A DNA stretch of 64,000 nucleotides from an uncultured virus (IMG/VR IMGVR_UViG_3300027582_000004) (taxonomy: Duplodnaviria > Heunggongvirae > Uroviricota > Caudoviricetes), in the IMG/VR virus record IMGVR_UViG_3300027582_000004, one strand, 5' to 3'. The notes beneath the pieces are model-generated. The model made no database searches and had not been told where the DNA came from. It saw nothing but the letters and a program-made list of their open reading frames with translations. The translations under genes and the position numbers were made by a program. Below are positions 39,743 to 49,475 of this stretch, piece after piece. How positions within the stretch are numbered: position 1 is the first letter of the stretch; each line of letters starts with the position of its first letter.

Positions 39743-41249
39743 TATCTATGTAAAGAAAAAGAATGAATCGGTACTACATGTTGGTACTGATATGGGTATA
39801 TCAAATGAGTTGTCTGATTTTTTCAGCTTCTTTGTCCCTGGATATAAATTTATGCCTGCATATAAGAATAGGGTATGGGATGGTAAGGTAAGATTATTTA
39901 ATGCTCAAAGCTGTGAACTACCAGTAGGTTTGTTTCCGTATCTGCAAGAGTTTGCAGGACCTAGACAGTATACAGTAGAAGTTGATCACGATGCATTCTA
40001 TGGAATTCCTGGTTCAACTATTGATGTTGACATAGATGAGTTTGTAAAGTTTGTAGAAGAATTAAATCTATCGTCACGGGGTAAAAAAATTAAGCCTAGA
40101 GACTATCAGTTGGAGGCTGTACTAGAAGGTATCCATAGAAAGCGAGCTATCTTGTTGAGCCCTACTGGCTCTGGTAAATCTCTTATCATCTATTTGCTTA
40201 TGAGGTATCTATTAGAAAGAACTCAGAAAAAGGTATTGATTATTGTACCAACAACAAGTCTAGTGCAACAAATGTATGCTGACTTTGAAGATTACTCTGC
40301 ATATGACGATAGTTGGAATACTGAAACTGAATGCCATAGAATTTATTCTGGTAAACCTAAGATGAATATGAGCCAACGTGTGTTTATCTCTACATGGCAA
40401 TCTGTCTATAAATTGCCTGGTGCTTGGTTTGAGCAGTTCGGTACAGTCTTTGGAGACGAGGTTCATGGATTCAAGTCTAAATCTCTGACTGGAATTATGA
40501 ATAAGTCAAGGGAAGCAACATACAGATTTGGCACCACTGGTACCTTAGATGGTACTCAAACACACAAGCTCGTATTAGAAGGTCTTTTTGGTAAGATATA
40601 TAATGTAACCACCACAAAAAAGTTACAAGAGGATGAGACCCTTGCAGCTTTAGATATTAAGGTGATGCTTTTAAAATATCCAGATGAAGTACGAAAAGCA
40701 TTTGGTAAAAAGCAATACCATGATGAAATAGATTATATTGTAACTAACGATGCAAGAAATAATTTAATTAAGAATTTAGCAATAGATCAAGAAGGTAATA
40801 CATTAGTTTTATTTCAGTTAGTTGATAAGCATGGTAAAGTATTATTTGATTTAATTAGAAATGCCGCACACGAAAGAAGAAAAGTATTTTTTGTAAGTGG
40901 CGAGACAGAAACTTCAGATAGAGAGGCTATAAGAAAAATTGTTGAGAAACAGAAAAATTCTATTATTGTTGCGAGCTTGGGTACCTTTAGTACCGGTATC
41001 AATATTCGTAATCTTCATAATATTGTTTTTGCTTCTCCTAGTAAATCCCAAATTAAAGTGTTGCAATCTATCGGCAGAGGGCTTAGACAATCAGATGATG
41101 GTAGAACAACCACATTATATGATATTGCCGATGATCTACACTGGAAAGCAAGAAAGAATTACACTTTAGTACACAGTGCCGAACGCATTAAGATATATGC
41201 AAAAGAATCCTTTAACTATAAAATTTACGAAATCGAGTTAAAAACATGA
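39735..41249 (+). CDS. uvsW: SF2 DNA helicase UvsW
   Basis: PRDYQ; SPTGSGKS; DEVH; QSIGRGLR. Confidence 0.92.
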   Translation: MDNIYVKKKNESVLHVGTDMGISNELSDFFSFFVPGYKFMPAYKNRVWDGKVRLFNAQSCELPVGLFPYLQEFAGPRQYTVEVDHDAFYGIPGSTIDVDIDEFVKFVEELNLSSRGKKIKPRDYQLEAVLEGIHRKRAILLSPTGSGKSLIIYLLMRYLLERTQKKVLIIVPTTSLVQQMYADFEDYSAYDDSWNTETECHRIYSGKPKMNMSQRVFISTWQSVYKLPGAWFEQFGTVFGDEVHGFKSKSLTGIMNKSREATYRFGTTGTLDGTQTHKLVLEGLFGKIYNVTTTKKLQEDETLAALDIKVMLLKYPDEVRKAFGKKQYHDEIDYIVTNDARNNLIKNLAIDQEGNTLVLFQLVDKHGKVLFDLIRNAAHERRKVFFVSGETETSDREAIRKIVEKQKNSIIVASLGTFSTGINIRNLHNIVFASPSKSQIKVLQSIGRGLRQSDDGRTTTLYDIADDLHWKARKNYTLVHSAERIKIYAKESFNYKIYEIELKT

Positions 41250-41647
41250 GCCAACCTTATTTAAGACAGTTTAAACTAACCACTGGAGAAGAAATCATAT
41301 GTGAAATCCTTGAATGGAATGATGAAGAAACTGATTTGATTGTCGTTAGACACGCTGTAGAAATACAATATATAGTTAAAGATTCCTACAGAATGTGCAC
41401 TATGAGGCCTTGGATGTTGCAACAAGTACAGAATGATTTCTTTCAAACTCTTAGTGCTAATCATATTGTTGCTGATGCCAAACCAGCTATGGAGACAGAA
41501 GCTAATTGGCAAGAGACTGTAGACTTTTTTCTTAATGCAAACCAATTAGACGAGCCATCTGAAGGACCTATTGATTTAGAACCAGAGGATAGTATCGATG
41601 AAGTATTAGGAAAGGTCTTAAAATTCCCAAAGGATAAAATGCACTAG
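41246..41647 (+). CDS. Conserved hypothetical protein between uvsW and gp55
   Basis: FKLTTGEEIICE N-terminus; position typical of marine T4-like phages. Confidence 0.65.
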   Translation: MSQPYLRQFKLTTGEEIICEILEWNDEETDLIVVRHAVEIQYIVKDSYRMCTMRPWMLQQVQNDFFQTLSANHIVADAKPAMETEANWQETVDFFLNANQLDEPSEGPIDLEPEDSIDEVLGKVLKFPKDKMH

Positions 41648-41681
41648 TTGTATACCATCTACCCCTAAAAGCTGTTAGCTT

Positions 41682-41710
41682 ATTATAACACAGATCCGTC
41701 AATCTGTAAA
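41682..41710 (-). promoter_or_regulatory. Sigma70-type promoter on the minus strand (antisense)
   Basis: Reverse complement reads TTTACA (41710-41705) - 17 nt - TATAAT (41687-41682). Confidence 0.6.
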
Positions 41711-41744
41711 CCCCCAAAATGAATTATTTTTAATTATTTTCTTG

Positions 41745-41773
41745 TTTACAACCTTTTTAAAATGTAGTATAAT
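41745..41773 (+). promoter_or_regulatory. Sigma70-type early/middle promoter for gp55
   Basis: TTTACA-N17-TATAAT. Confidence 0.75.
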
Positions 41774-41796
41774 GGAAATATTGAAAGGACTATATC

Positions 41797-42390
41797 ATGG
41801 CAAGAACAAAAAGAAAATCCATTCACTATGTTAATAATGCAGACTTCTCTGCTGCAGTAGTTGAATATGTTACTGTTGTTCAAAAAGCAAAAGCAGACGA
41901 AATTAACCTACCTATTGTACCAGACTATATTGCTCAGTGTTTTCTAAAGATCGCTGAAGGCTTGTCTCACAAGTCAAACTTTATTCGCTATACATATCGC
42001 GAAGAAATGGTAATGGATGCGGTTGAGAATTGTCTGAAAGCTATTGAGAACTATAACCTTGAGGCAGCTACTCGTACAGGTAAGCCTAATGCATTTGCTT
42101 ACTTTACACAGATTAGTTGGTATGCGTTTCTAAGACGCATTGCTAAAGAGAAAAAGCAACAAGATATTAAATTTAAGTATCTAACCAATAGTGGTGTAGA
42201 AGCCTTTATGAATGTTGGTGATATTGGAGAGTTTCAGCATATTGTAGCTTCTAACTTTGTGGACCAGCTAAAGGATCGTATTGATAAAGTTAAAGATACT
42301 GACCTAGCTGTCAAGGAGTTGGTTAAAAAAGAAAAGCGCAAGAAGCGAGAGGTCAAAGTAGACTCAGATTTGAGTGGATTTATTGAATGA
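41797..42390 (+). CDS. gp55: Late sigma factor gp55
   Basis: HYVNN; IAEGLSHKSNFIRYTYREEMV.DAVENC; AFAYFTQI. Confidence 0.95.
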   Translation: MARTKRKSIHYVNNADFSAAVVEYVTVVQKAKADEINLPIVPDYIAQCFLKIAEGLSHKSNFIRYTYREEMVMDAVENCLKAIENYNLEAATRTGKPNAFAYFTQISWYAFLRRIAKEKKQQDIKFKYLTNSGVEAFMNVGDIGEFQHIVASNFVDQLKDRIDKVKDTDLAVKELVKKEKRKKREVKVDSDLSGFIE

Positions 42391-43448
42391 AGGTAGCAAT
42401 CATAAATGACACTCATTGTGGTATCCGTAATAGCTCTGACATATTTCTCGATAATGCAGAGAAATTTTATAATGATGTATTTTTTCCTTATCTTTTGGAA
42501 CATGGTATTCAGCATATCGTGCATCTTGGTGATTACTATGATAACAGGAAGTTTATCAATTTCCGTGCTCTTAACCGTAATCGTCAACATTTTCTTAAAC
42601 CGTTAAGAGACCATGGCATTACTATGGATATTATCTGTGGTAACCACGACACTTTCTATAAGAATACTAATGAACTAAACAGCTTGAAAGAGTTGCTAGG
42701 GCATTATATGAATGAAGTAAACATCATTAGTAAACCTAAAGTTATGGAATATGGTTCTCTCAAGATGGGTCTAGTGCCATGGATCTGCGCAGAGAATGAG
42801 AAACAATCACTTGACTTTCTTGCCAACTGTAAAGCAGACTTTATTGGTGGACACTTTGATATCATTGGTTATGAGATGATGAAAGGTATTAAATGTGATC
42901 ATGGTCTTGATCGTAATCTTTTCAGTAGATTTGAAATGGTTATGTCTGGACATTTTCATACTAAATCTAATCAAGATAATATTCACTACCTTGGTTCTCA
43001 AATAGAGATGAATTGGAGTGATGCTCACGACCCTAAGTATTTTCATATACTTGATACGGAAACAAGAAAAGTAGAACCTATTCGTAATCCACATGGTTTA
43101 TATCATAAGATTGTATATGATGACTCTAAGCGTGACTACATGGATTATGATCTAACTCAAGTAGAAAATAAATTTGTTAAAATAGTTGTAATTAATAAGG
43201 AAGACCTATTTACTTTTGACCGGTTTGTTGATAGAATACAAAATAGGCCAATTCACGAATTAAAGATTGCAGAAAACTTTAATGAGTTTCTTGGCGATGC
43301 TGTTGATGATGAAGCAATCTCTGTGGAAGATACCACACAATTGCTTGATAGTTATGTTGATGGTGTTGATACTGAACTGGATAAAGATAGACTGAAAGGT
43401 AAGATGCGTGACTTGTTAACAGAAGCACAGGCATCAGAGATTGCATGA
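42387..43448 (+). CDS. gp47: Recombination endonuclease subunit gp47 (Mre11-like)
   Basis: DTHCG; LGDYYD; GNHD; SGHFH. Confidence 0.93.
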   Translation: MKVAIINDTHCGIRNSSDIFLDNAEKFYNDVFFPYLLEHGIQHIVHLGDYYDNRKFINFRALNRNRQHFLKPLRDHGITMDIICGNHDTFYKNTNELNSLKELLGHYMNEVNIISKPKVMEYGSLKMGLVPWICAENEKQSLDFLANCKADFIGGHFDIIGYEMMKGIKCDHGLDRNLFSRFEMVMSGHFHTKSNQDNIHYLGSQIEMNWSDAHDPKYFHILDTETRKVEPIRNPHGLYHKIVYDDSKRDYMDYDLTQVENKFVKIVVINKEDLFTFDRFVDRIQNRPIHELKIAENFNEFLGDAVDDEAISVEDTTQLLDSYVDGVDTELDKDRLKGKMRDLLTEAQASEIA

Positions 43449-45160
43449 TCATATTCCGAACATTAAAATATAAAAACTTCTTATCGACTGGTAACAAGTG
43501 GGTTGATATTGACTATACAAAGACAAAATCAACTCTGGTTATTGGTCATAACGGTGCTGGTAAATCAAGTATGCTTGATGCACTATCATTTGCTCTATTT
43601 GGCAAACCACACCGAAATATTAATAAAAGCCAATTAGTAAATTCTATCAATAAGAAAGATAGTGTTGTTGAAGTTGTATTTACTATTGGTAAAGCACACT
43701 TTAAAGTTGTACGAGGCATTAAACCTAACATCTTTGAAATTTGGAAAGATGGTGTTATGATTAATCAAGCATCTCATTCCAAAGAGTACCAGAAGATCCT
43801 CGAGCAGAATATCATTAAGTTGAATCATAAATCATTTCATCAGATTGTGGTACTAGGCTCATCATCCTTCATTCCCTTCATGCAGCTTGCATCACAACAC
43901 AGGCGAGATGTGATCGAGGATCTTCTGGACATTAACATCTTTAGTAAGATGAATTCACTTGTAAAAGAAAAGTCATCATCACTTAAAGACTTGATTAAGA
44001 ATGTTGTATATGATATTGAGCTTACAAAAGAAAAGATTGATATACAACGTAAGTATATACGTGATGTAGAAAATCTAAGTAATGATCAAGTTGATCTTAG
44101 AGTAATAGAAATAGAAGCAGCACTTGCAGATATAGAAAAGCATCAAGAAGAAAATGCCTTATTGTCAAATGAGATTGATGAAAGACAAAATGGTCTTAAA
44201 GAAAATCTTAAAGCAAGTAATGATAAGAAACAAAGTCTATTACAGTTTAAGGCAGAGTTTAATCAAAAGATTAAGGTACTTGTTAAAGAAACAAAATTCT
44301 ATGAAGAGAATGCTGACTGTCCAACATGCTCACAAACTATTAGTGAAGACCTTAGATCAGAAAAGCTATCTGTAGGTAAAGAAAAAGCAACAGAACTACA
44401 GAATGCCTTAAACGATGTCTCTGATCAATCTACTAAGGTTGAGCAAGATATTACAAAGTTTAATACTATCACGGACGAGATTAGAGATCGTACTACAACT
44501 ATTAGTGGTAATAATAGAGAAATTACTAGGCTGCAAGGTGTCATTACAGCCTCTAACGAAGCTATCCAAAAGATACAAGGTACTGATGGTGATCTAAGTG
44601 TAGAAAAGAAATCACTGGAGACACTTGTAGAAAGCCGTAATGATCTAACTGAGACTAAACTTGTCAAGAATGAAGAACTATCTTACAACTTGGCTATGGC
44701 AGAGATGCTAAAAGATACTGGTATTAAAACTAAGATTGTCAAAGAATACTTGCCAGTCATTAATAAACTTACTAATCAGTACCTACAAATCCTAGACTTT
44801 TTTGTTCACTTTAATCTTGATGAGAGTTTCCAAGAGACTATCCGCTCAAGACATCGTGACAACTTCTCATACGACTCGTTCTCTGAGGGTGAGAAGCAAC
44901 GTATTGACTTGGCACTACTCTTTACTTGGCGACAAATTGCTAAGATGAAGAACTCGGTGGCAACCAATTTACTAATACTTGATGAGACCTTTGACAGTTC
45001 ATTGGATCATGAAGGTGTTGGTAACTTAATGAAAATCATCTACTCGCTTGGTGATGATGCTAATGTCTTTGTTATATCACATAAAGGAGAAATCTTAGAT
45101 GATAAGTTTGAAGGCAAGATTGAATTTACTAAAGAAAAAAACTTTAGTAAAATTAAATAA
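43445..45160 (+). CDS. gp46: Recombination ATPase gp46 (Rad50-like)
   Basis: GHNGAGKS; CPTC hook; FSEGEKQRID; LILDE. Confidence 0.95.
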   Translation: MIIFRTLKYKNFLSTGNKWVDIDYTKTKSTLVIGHNGAGKSSMLDALSFALFGKPHRNINKSQLVNSINKKDSVVEVVFTIGKAHFKVVRGIKPNIFEIWKDGVMINQASHSKEYQKILEQNIIKLNHKSFHQIVVLGSSSFIPFMQLASQHRRDVIEDLLDINIFSKMNSLVKEKSSSLKDLIKNVVYDIELTKEKIDIQRKYIRDVENLSNDQVDLRVIEIEAALADIEKHQEENALLSNEIDERQNGLKENLKASNDKKQSLLQFKAEFNQKIKVLVKETKFYEENADCPTCSQTISEDLRSEKLSVGKEKATELQNALNDVSDQSTKVEQDITKFNTITDEIRDRTTTISGNNREITRLQGVITASNEAIQKIQGTDGDLSVEKKSLETLVESRNDLTETKLVKNEELSYNLAMAEMLKDTGIKTKIVKEYLPVINKLTNQYLQILDFFVHFNLDESFQETIRSRHRDNFSYDSFSEGEKQRIDLALLFTWRQIAKMKNSVATNLLILDETFDSSLDHEGVGNLMKIIYSLGDDANVFVISHKGEILDDKFEGKIEFTKEKNFSKIK

Positions 45161-45165
45161 AATGG

Positions 45166-45194
45166 TTTACAACATGATCAATATGTTATATAAT
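45166..45194 (+). promoter_or_regulatory. Sigma70-type promoter for gp45
   Basis: TTTACA-N17-TATAAT. Confidence 0.7.
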
Positions 45195-45222
45195 GGTCAT
45201 ATTAATTCAACTGGAGTATATT

Positions 45223-45900
45223 ATGGAATTATCTGAAAACACTCTTTCTATTCTTAAAAACTTTGCTGGTATCAATTCCAACATTGTGATAGAAAAAGGC
45301 AATACTGTTAAAACTATCTCGGAGGCAAAGAATGTTATGTCTACCGCTTCTATCGTGGAAGATTTTCCACAATCATTTGGTATCTATGATCTAAATGAAT
45401 TTCTTGGGGTTCTAAGTTTGGTGGATACACCTAACCTAGTATTTCAACAAGACTATGTGACTGTCGGAGATTCCTCTGGTCGCAGTAAAGTAAAATATTT
45501 CTTCTCTGATCCTGACATGCTAACAAAGCCAGGCAAGAATGTAAATATGCCAAATGCAGATGTATCTTTTATACTAGATGCAGATACACTTGGTAGAATT
45601 AAACGTGCTTCAACAGCACTAGGTCACAATGAGGTATCAATCACCGGCAAAGATGGTGTACTAAGTATCTCTGTTGTTGATAGTAAGAATAATACATCTA
45701 ATGCTTATTCTATTGACGTTGCTGGAGAATTTGATGATGGAGTAGATTTTAACTTTATTCTAAATATCTCAAATCTAAAAGTAATCGCTGGAGATTATAA
45801 TGTTGAAATCTCCTCTAAACTTATCTCTAAATGGACTAATACGGAATATGGTATTTCTTATTGGATCGCCTTTGAAAAAACATCTACATACGGAGTTTAA
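45223..45900 (+). CDS. gp45: Sliding clamp gp45
   Basis: MELSENTLSILKNFAGIN; FGIYDLNEFL; GGAG RBS before 45223. Confidence 0.92.
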   Translation: MELSENTLSILKNFAGINSNIVIEKGNTVKTISEAKNVMSTASIVEDFPQSFGIYDLNEFLGVLSLVDTPNLVFQQDYVTVGDSSGRSKVKYFFSDPDMLTKPGKNVNMPNADVSFILDADTLGRIKRASTALGHNEVSITGKDGVLSISVVDSKNNTSNAYSIDVAGEFDDGVDFNFILNISNLKVIAGDYNVEISSKLISKWTNTEYGISYWIAFEKTSTYGV

Positions 45901-45903
45901 TTG

Positions 45904-46104
45904 ATGTCTAAAAAAGAAAATAATGAACACGATGCAAGCTATGCTTTAATGGCACAGATTAGTCGTAGCACGGTTGCTGTAATTGATGCAGTCGTACAAC
46001 GTGGTGGCTTTCGTGGTGAAGAATTATCCACAATCGGCACACTCAGAGACCAGTGCATTCAAGCTATCTCTACATCTGAAGCATATGAGGCTAATAAGTC
46101 ATAA
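45904..46104 (+). CDS. Small hypothetical protein
   Basis: ORF with upstream GGAG; VIDAVVQRGGFRGEELS.IG.LRD. Confidence 0.6.
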   Translation: MSKKENNEHDASYALMAQISRSTVAVIDAVVQRGGFRGEELSTIGTLRDQCIQAISTSEAYEANKS

Positions 46105-46109
46105 TAAAC

Positions 46110-46138
46110 TTTACAATTTGTCCAAAATATTATATAAT
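46110..46138 (+). promoter_or_regulatory. Sigma70-type promoter for gp44
   Basis: TTTACA-N17-TATAAT. Confidence 0.7.
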
Positions 46139-46164
46139 GAAATTCTTGAATATGGAGATTGTAA

Positions 46165-47100
46165 ATGAGTGACTTCCTATGGACCGAAAAATATCGGCCA
46201 CAAAAAATTAGTGACAGTGTCTTACCAAAAGACCTAAAAGAAACATTTCAACAATTGGTGAATACTGGTGATTTACCTAACATGTTGTTATGTGGTACTG
46301 CTGGTCTAGGTAAGACAACTGTTGCTAAGGCTCTATGTAATGAACTAGAGCTTGACTATATTATGATCAATGGATCCGAAGAAGGTAACATTGATACACT
46401 ACGTGGTAAGATTAAACAGTTTGCTTCTACAGTATCTCTGCAAGGTGGCTATAAAGTAGTTATTCTTGACGAGGCTGATTATCTTAATCCACAAAGTACA
46501 CAACCAGCCCTACGTGGCTTTATAGAAGAATTTGCAAACAATTGTAGGTTCATCTTAACTTGTAACTTTAAAAATCGTATCATTGAGCCACTGCATTCTC
46601 GTTGTGGTGTATATGAATTTAATACATCTAAGAAAGATATGGCTGGTCTTGCCGCACAGTTTATGGCACGGGCTAAGTTTGTATTAGAAACAGAAGGGAT
46701 TGAATATGAAGAACCTAAACTTGCTGAAATTATCTTGGCTCATGCCCCTGATTGGCGCCGTATTCTCAACGAACTACAAAGGTTTTCAATTAGCGGCATT
46801 CTTATTCCTGGCGCTAGGATGGTTTCTACTGGTGATCAGTATGTTAATCTAATTAAACTCCTTAAAGATAAAGACTTCAAAAAGATGCGGTCTTGGGTAG
46901 TTAATAATATTGATGTTGATGCATCTTCAATCTTCCGTGGTGTATATGATGGTATGAATGGATTAGTTCAACCACAATCTATACCACAACTTGTTCTTAT
47001 ATTAGCCGACTATCAATATAAGAATGCCTTTGTTGCAGATCATGAACTAAATGTAGTTGCTTGTATGACTGAGATCATGGCTAATGTGGAGTTTGTATAA
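46165..47100 (+). CDS. gp44: Clamp loader ATPase subunit gp44
   Basis: LWTEKYRP; GTAGLGKT; ILDEAD; PLHSRC. Confidence 0.95.
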   Translation: MSDFLWTEKYRPQKISDSVLPKDLKETFQQLVNTGDLPNMLLCGTAGLGKTTVAKALCNELELDYIMINGSEEGNIDTLRGKIKQFASTVSLQGGYKVVILDEADYLNPQSTQPALRGFIEEFANNCRFILTCNFKNRIIEPLHSRCGVYEFNTSKKDMAGLAAQFMARAKFVLETEGIEYEEPKLAEIILAHAPDWRRILNELQRFSISGILIPGARMVSTGDQYVNLIKLLKDKDFKKMRSWVVNNIDVDASSIFRGVYDGMNGLVQPQSIPQLVLILADYQYKNAFVADHELNVVACMTEIMANVEFV

Positions 47101-47684
47101 TGGCTATAATCTTTGACTTTGAAACCTTATCTGTAGATAGAGTAAATGGTGTACTGCTTTCAATGGCTGTACTTGAGTTTGAAGAAAGTAGATTTAATCC
47201 TAAAGAACAATACTCTTATACTGAACTGTTAGAATGTTCACGGTATATTAAATTTGATGTTGAAAGTCAAGTTAAAAAATATGGTAGACAAATCAATCAG
47301 GATACGTTAAAATGGTGGGGAGAACAATCTAAAGATGCTCAAAGGCAACTAAAGCCAACTGAGCTTGATGTAGATATTGATCAAGCAATACCATTTATCA
47401 ATACCCATACAAAGAAAAAGTTAGATAAAGTTTATACTCGTGGTAATACATTTGATCCTATTATTATAGATTATATTGCCGAACAGTGTAAGCAAATCGT
47501 ACCTTGGCCACATTGGGTTGTTCGTGATACTAGATCAATGATCGAAGGTATGTCTTGGGGTATTGATCTAAGAAATGGATTTATACCAGAAGGTTTGGAA
47601 TCTGTGTTTGTCGCACATGATCCACAGCATGATATTGTTATGGATGTGATGAGACTACAGACACTAGCATTAGCGTTAGGATAG
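47100..47684 (+). CDS. DEDDh 3'-5' exonuclease (DexA-like)
   Basis: IFDFETL; RGNTFD; RDTRS; HDP.HD...D. Confidence 0.75.
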   Translation: MAIIFDFETLSVDRVNGVLLSMAVLEFEESRFNPKEQYSYTELLECSRYIKFDVESQVKKYGRQINQDTLKWWGEQSKDAQRQLKPTELDVDIDQAIPFINTHTKKKLDKVYTRGNTFDPIIIDYIAEQCKQIVPWPHWVVRDTRSMIEGMSWGIDLRNGFIPEGLESVFVAHDPQHDIVMDVMRLQTLALALG

Positions 47685-47687
47685 ATT

Positions 47688-47951
47688 ATGGATAGATTGA
47701 CTTTATTTACTAAAGATAGATGTGTATATTGCCACATGCTACAAGAAAAACTTGATATGTGGAATATAGAATATGTAATATTAAATAACCACCCTTTACC
47801 GGATGGTCATACAACATACCCTCAGTTATATTATAGAGATACTGATGTGCAAAAAGGCGCATCAACAGATGTGACTGAAGCAGTTCTTTTGGAAAGAATG
47901 GAGCGCGTAATGTGGCCAGGTATGGACGGAGGTATTGAAGATGTCCGTTAG
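47688..47951 (+). CDS. Glutaredoxin-like protein
   Basis: CVYC; TYPQL. Confidence 0.75.
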   Translation: MDRLTLFTKDRCVYCHMLQEKLDMWNIEYVILNNHPLPDGHTTYPQLYYRDTDVQKGASTDVTEAVLLERMERVMWPGMDGGIEDVR

Positions 47952-48327
47952 CCCTTTTGATTATCTAAACTCTATTAACTTTACTAAGCAAGACATCATG
48001 ATGGATGATCAAGCTGAGAAAGGTTATGCACCATTTATGGTCAATCGTGGCTTATCTTACTTTCCAGACACAGTTGCTTTTGCTAATGAGATGAATAGGT
48101 ATCACCACCTAGACAATCGTCTACAATTTGACTTTCTTATAAATATCACTAGAAAGCGGAAACGCTTCTCTAAATGGGCTAAGGCTCAACCTGAAAGTGA
48201 TATTGATGCTGTCAAAGTGTATTATGGATACAGTAATGAGAAAGCTAGGCAAGCTTTGACACTATTATCACCTGAACAAATAAAAATTATAAAAACAAAG
48301 GTGAGTAAAGGTGGAAAAAGAAAATAA
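47941..48327 (+). CDS. gp62: Clamp loader small subunit gp62
   Basis: PFMVNRGLSYFPDT; RKRKRFSKW; YYGYS.EKA. Confidence 0.92.
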   Translation: MSVSPFDYLNSINFTKQDIMMDDQAEKGYAPFMVNRGLSYFPDTVAFANEMNRYHHLDNRLQFDFLINITRKRKRFSKWAKAQPESDIDAVKVYYGYSNEKARQALTLLSPEQIKIIKTKVSKGGKRK

Positions 48328-48724
48328 TATAGTTGAGTGGACTCCAAGTGATATGCTTGAGATTGTCCTCAACGAGCCAGATGACTTTTTAAAGATTAGA
48401 GAAACACTAACACGTATTGGTGTTGCTAGTCGTAAAGATAACAAATTATTCCAATCGTGCCATATTCTACATAAACAAGGTAGATATTTTATAGTGCACT
48501 TTAAAGAACTATTTTTGCTTGATGGCAAAAAGAGTAATCTGGAAGAGAATGACATTGGTAGAAGAAATACAATTGCGACACTTATGTCGGATTGGGGTCT
48601 TGTAAGTATACAAGGCGAACAAAATCCAAAACCAGTTGCACCTCTCAGACAGATTAAAATTATCCCATTTAAAGATAAAGATAAATGGGAACTATGTCCG
48701 AAATATAATATCGGAAACAAATAG
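48311..48724 (+). CDS. regA: Translational repressor RegA
   Basis: DDFLKIRETLTRIG; CHILHKQGRYFIVHFKELF. Confidence 0.95.
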   Translation: MEKENNIVEWTPSDMLEIVLNEPDDFLKIRETLTRIGVASRKDNKLFQSCHILHKQGRYFIVHFKELFLLDGKKSNLEENDIGRRNTIATLMSDWGLVSIQGEQNPKPVAPLRQIKIIPFKDKDKWELCPKYNIGNK

Positions 48725-48759
48725 ACTAGCTGCTATTCTGAAAATGAATAGCTGTAGTT

Positions 48760-48826
48760 TATAAATACTATTGTAGTGCCGTAAGGGCTACGAATCATTC
48801 TTGCTGTTAAAAGGAGAAAAAATATG
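48760..48826 (+). promoter_or_regulatory. Late promoter plus ROSE-like RNA thermometer leader of hsp20
   Basis: TATAAATA 48760-48767; GTAA-loop hairpin 48773-48791; TTCTTGCT (48798-48805) pairs with SD AGGAGAA (48812-48818), leaving a bulged G. Confidence 0.6.
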
Positions 48827-49294
48827 ACAGGCATGAAAACACTATTCCCCTCTTCCGCCTTTGTGGGCTTTGATCATCTATTCAACGAATTAGAATGGAC
48901 AACAAAGCATGCACAAGATCACTATCCCCCGCATAATATCATCAAAACTAGTGAGGAAGATTACCTCATTGAGATTGCTGTTGCTGGATTTAGTAAAGAA
49001 GGTATTGAAGTCGAATATCACCAGCGAACGCTTACTGTAACAGGTGAGCATAAAAAGCAGGGTCGCGATTACATTCATCGTGGAATTTCCACTAAGAAGT
49101 TTAAGCGAACCTTTCGACTGTCTGAGAACGTAGAAGTTCATGGAGCAGATATTCAAGATGGCATTCTAGCAGTAGAACTGAAATATGTCATCCCAGAAGA
49201 TCAGCGTCCTCGTAAAATCAATATTGGTCAAAACGAGGAACAAAATGACACAACTAATACTAATACAAGCCAACTACTTACAGAAAGCAATTAG
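48824..49294 (+). CDS. hsp20: Small heat-shock protein (Hsp20/IbpA family)
   Basis: GFD.LF; YPPHNI; IEIAVAGF; YIHRGIS...F.R.F.L; DGIL. Confidence 0.92.
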   Translation: MTGMKTLFPSSAFVGFDHLFNELEWTTKHAQDHYPPHNIIKTSEEDYLIEIAVAGFSKEGIEVEYHQRTLTVTGEHKKQGRDYIHRGISTKKFKRTFRLSENVEVHGADIQDGILAVELKYVIPEDQRPRKINIGQNEEQNDTTNTNTSQLLTESN

Positions 49295-49475
49295 CGCTCT
49301 GTTTGATCTATTTAAAGACGCAAACTCAACACGCAAGGGCATATCAGAAGCTAGGAAAACTATGAAGGAGCTAAATAAGCTAACCGACAAAGATTTACTA
49401 GATATTGGTTTATGCCGTGGAGACATCTACAACGTTGCTCATAATAAGACCGACGATTTAAGGAGACGTTTCTAA
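49245..49475 (+). CDS. DUF1127 (YjiS-like) small protein
   Basis: ELNKLTDKDLLDIGLCRGDI matches the DUF1127 signature; GAGGA RBS before ATG 49245. Confidence 0.8.
   Translation: MTQLILIQANYLQKAISALFDLFKDANSTRKGISEARKTMKELNKLTDKDLLDIGLCRGDIYNVAHNKTDDLRRRF

Noticed and set aside
48138..48145. TATAAATA inside gp62 (and at 3976-3983 inside a fibre gene)
   Set aside because: These could be internal late promoters, but the octamer can arise by chance in AT-rich coding DNA; not called without TSS data.
48726..48757. Inverted repeat upstream of hsp20 as a CIRCE operator
   Set aside because: GCTATTC-N7-GAATAGC does not match TTAGCACTC-N9-GAGTGCTAA; more likely a hairpin ending the regA transcript.
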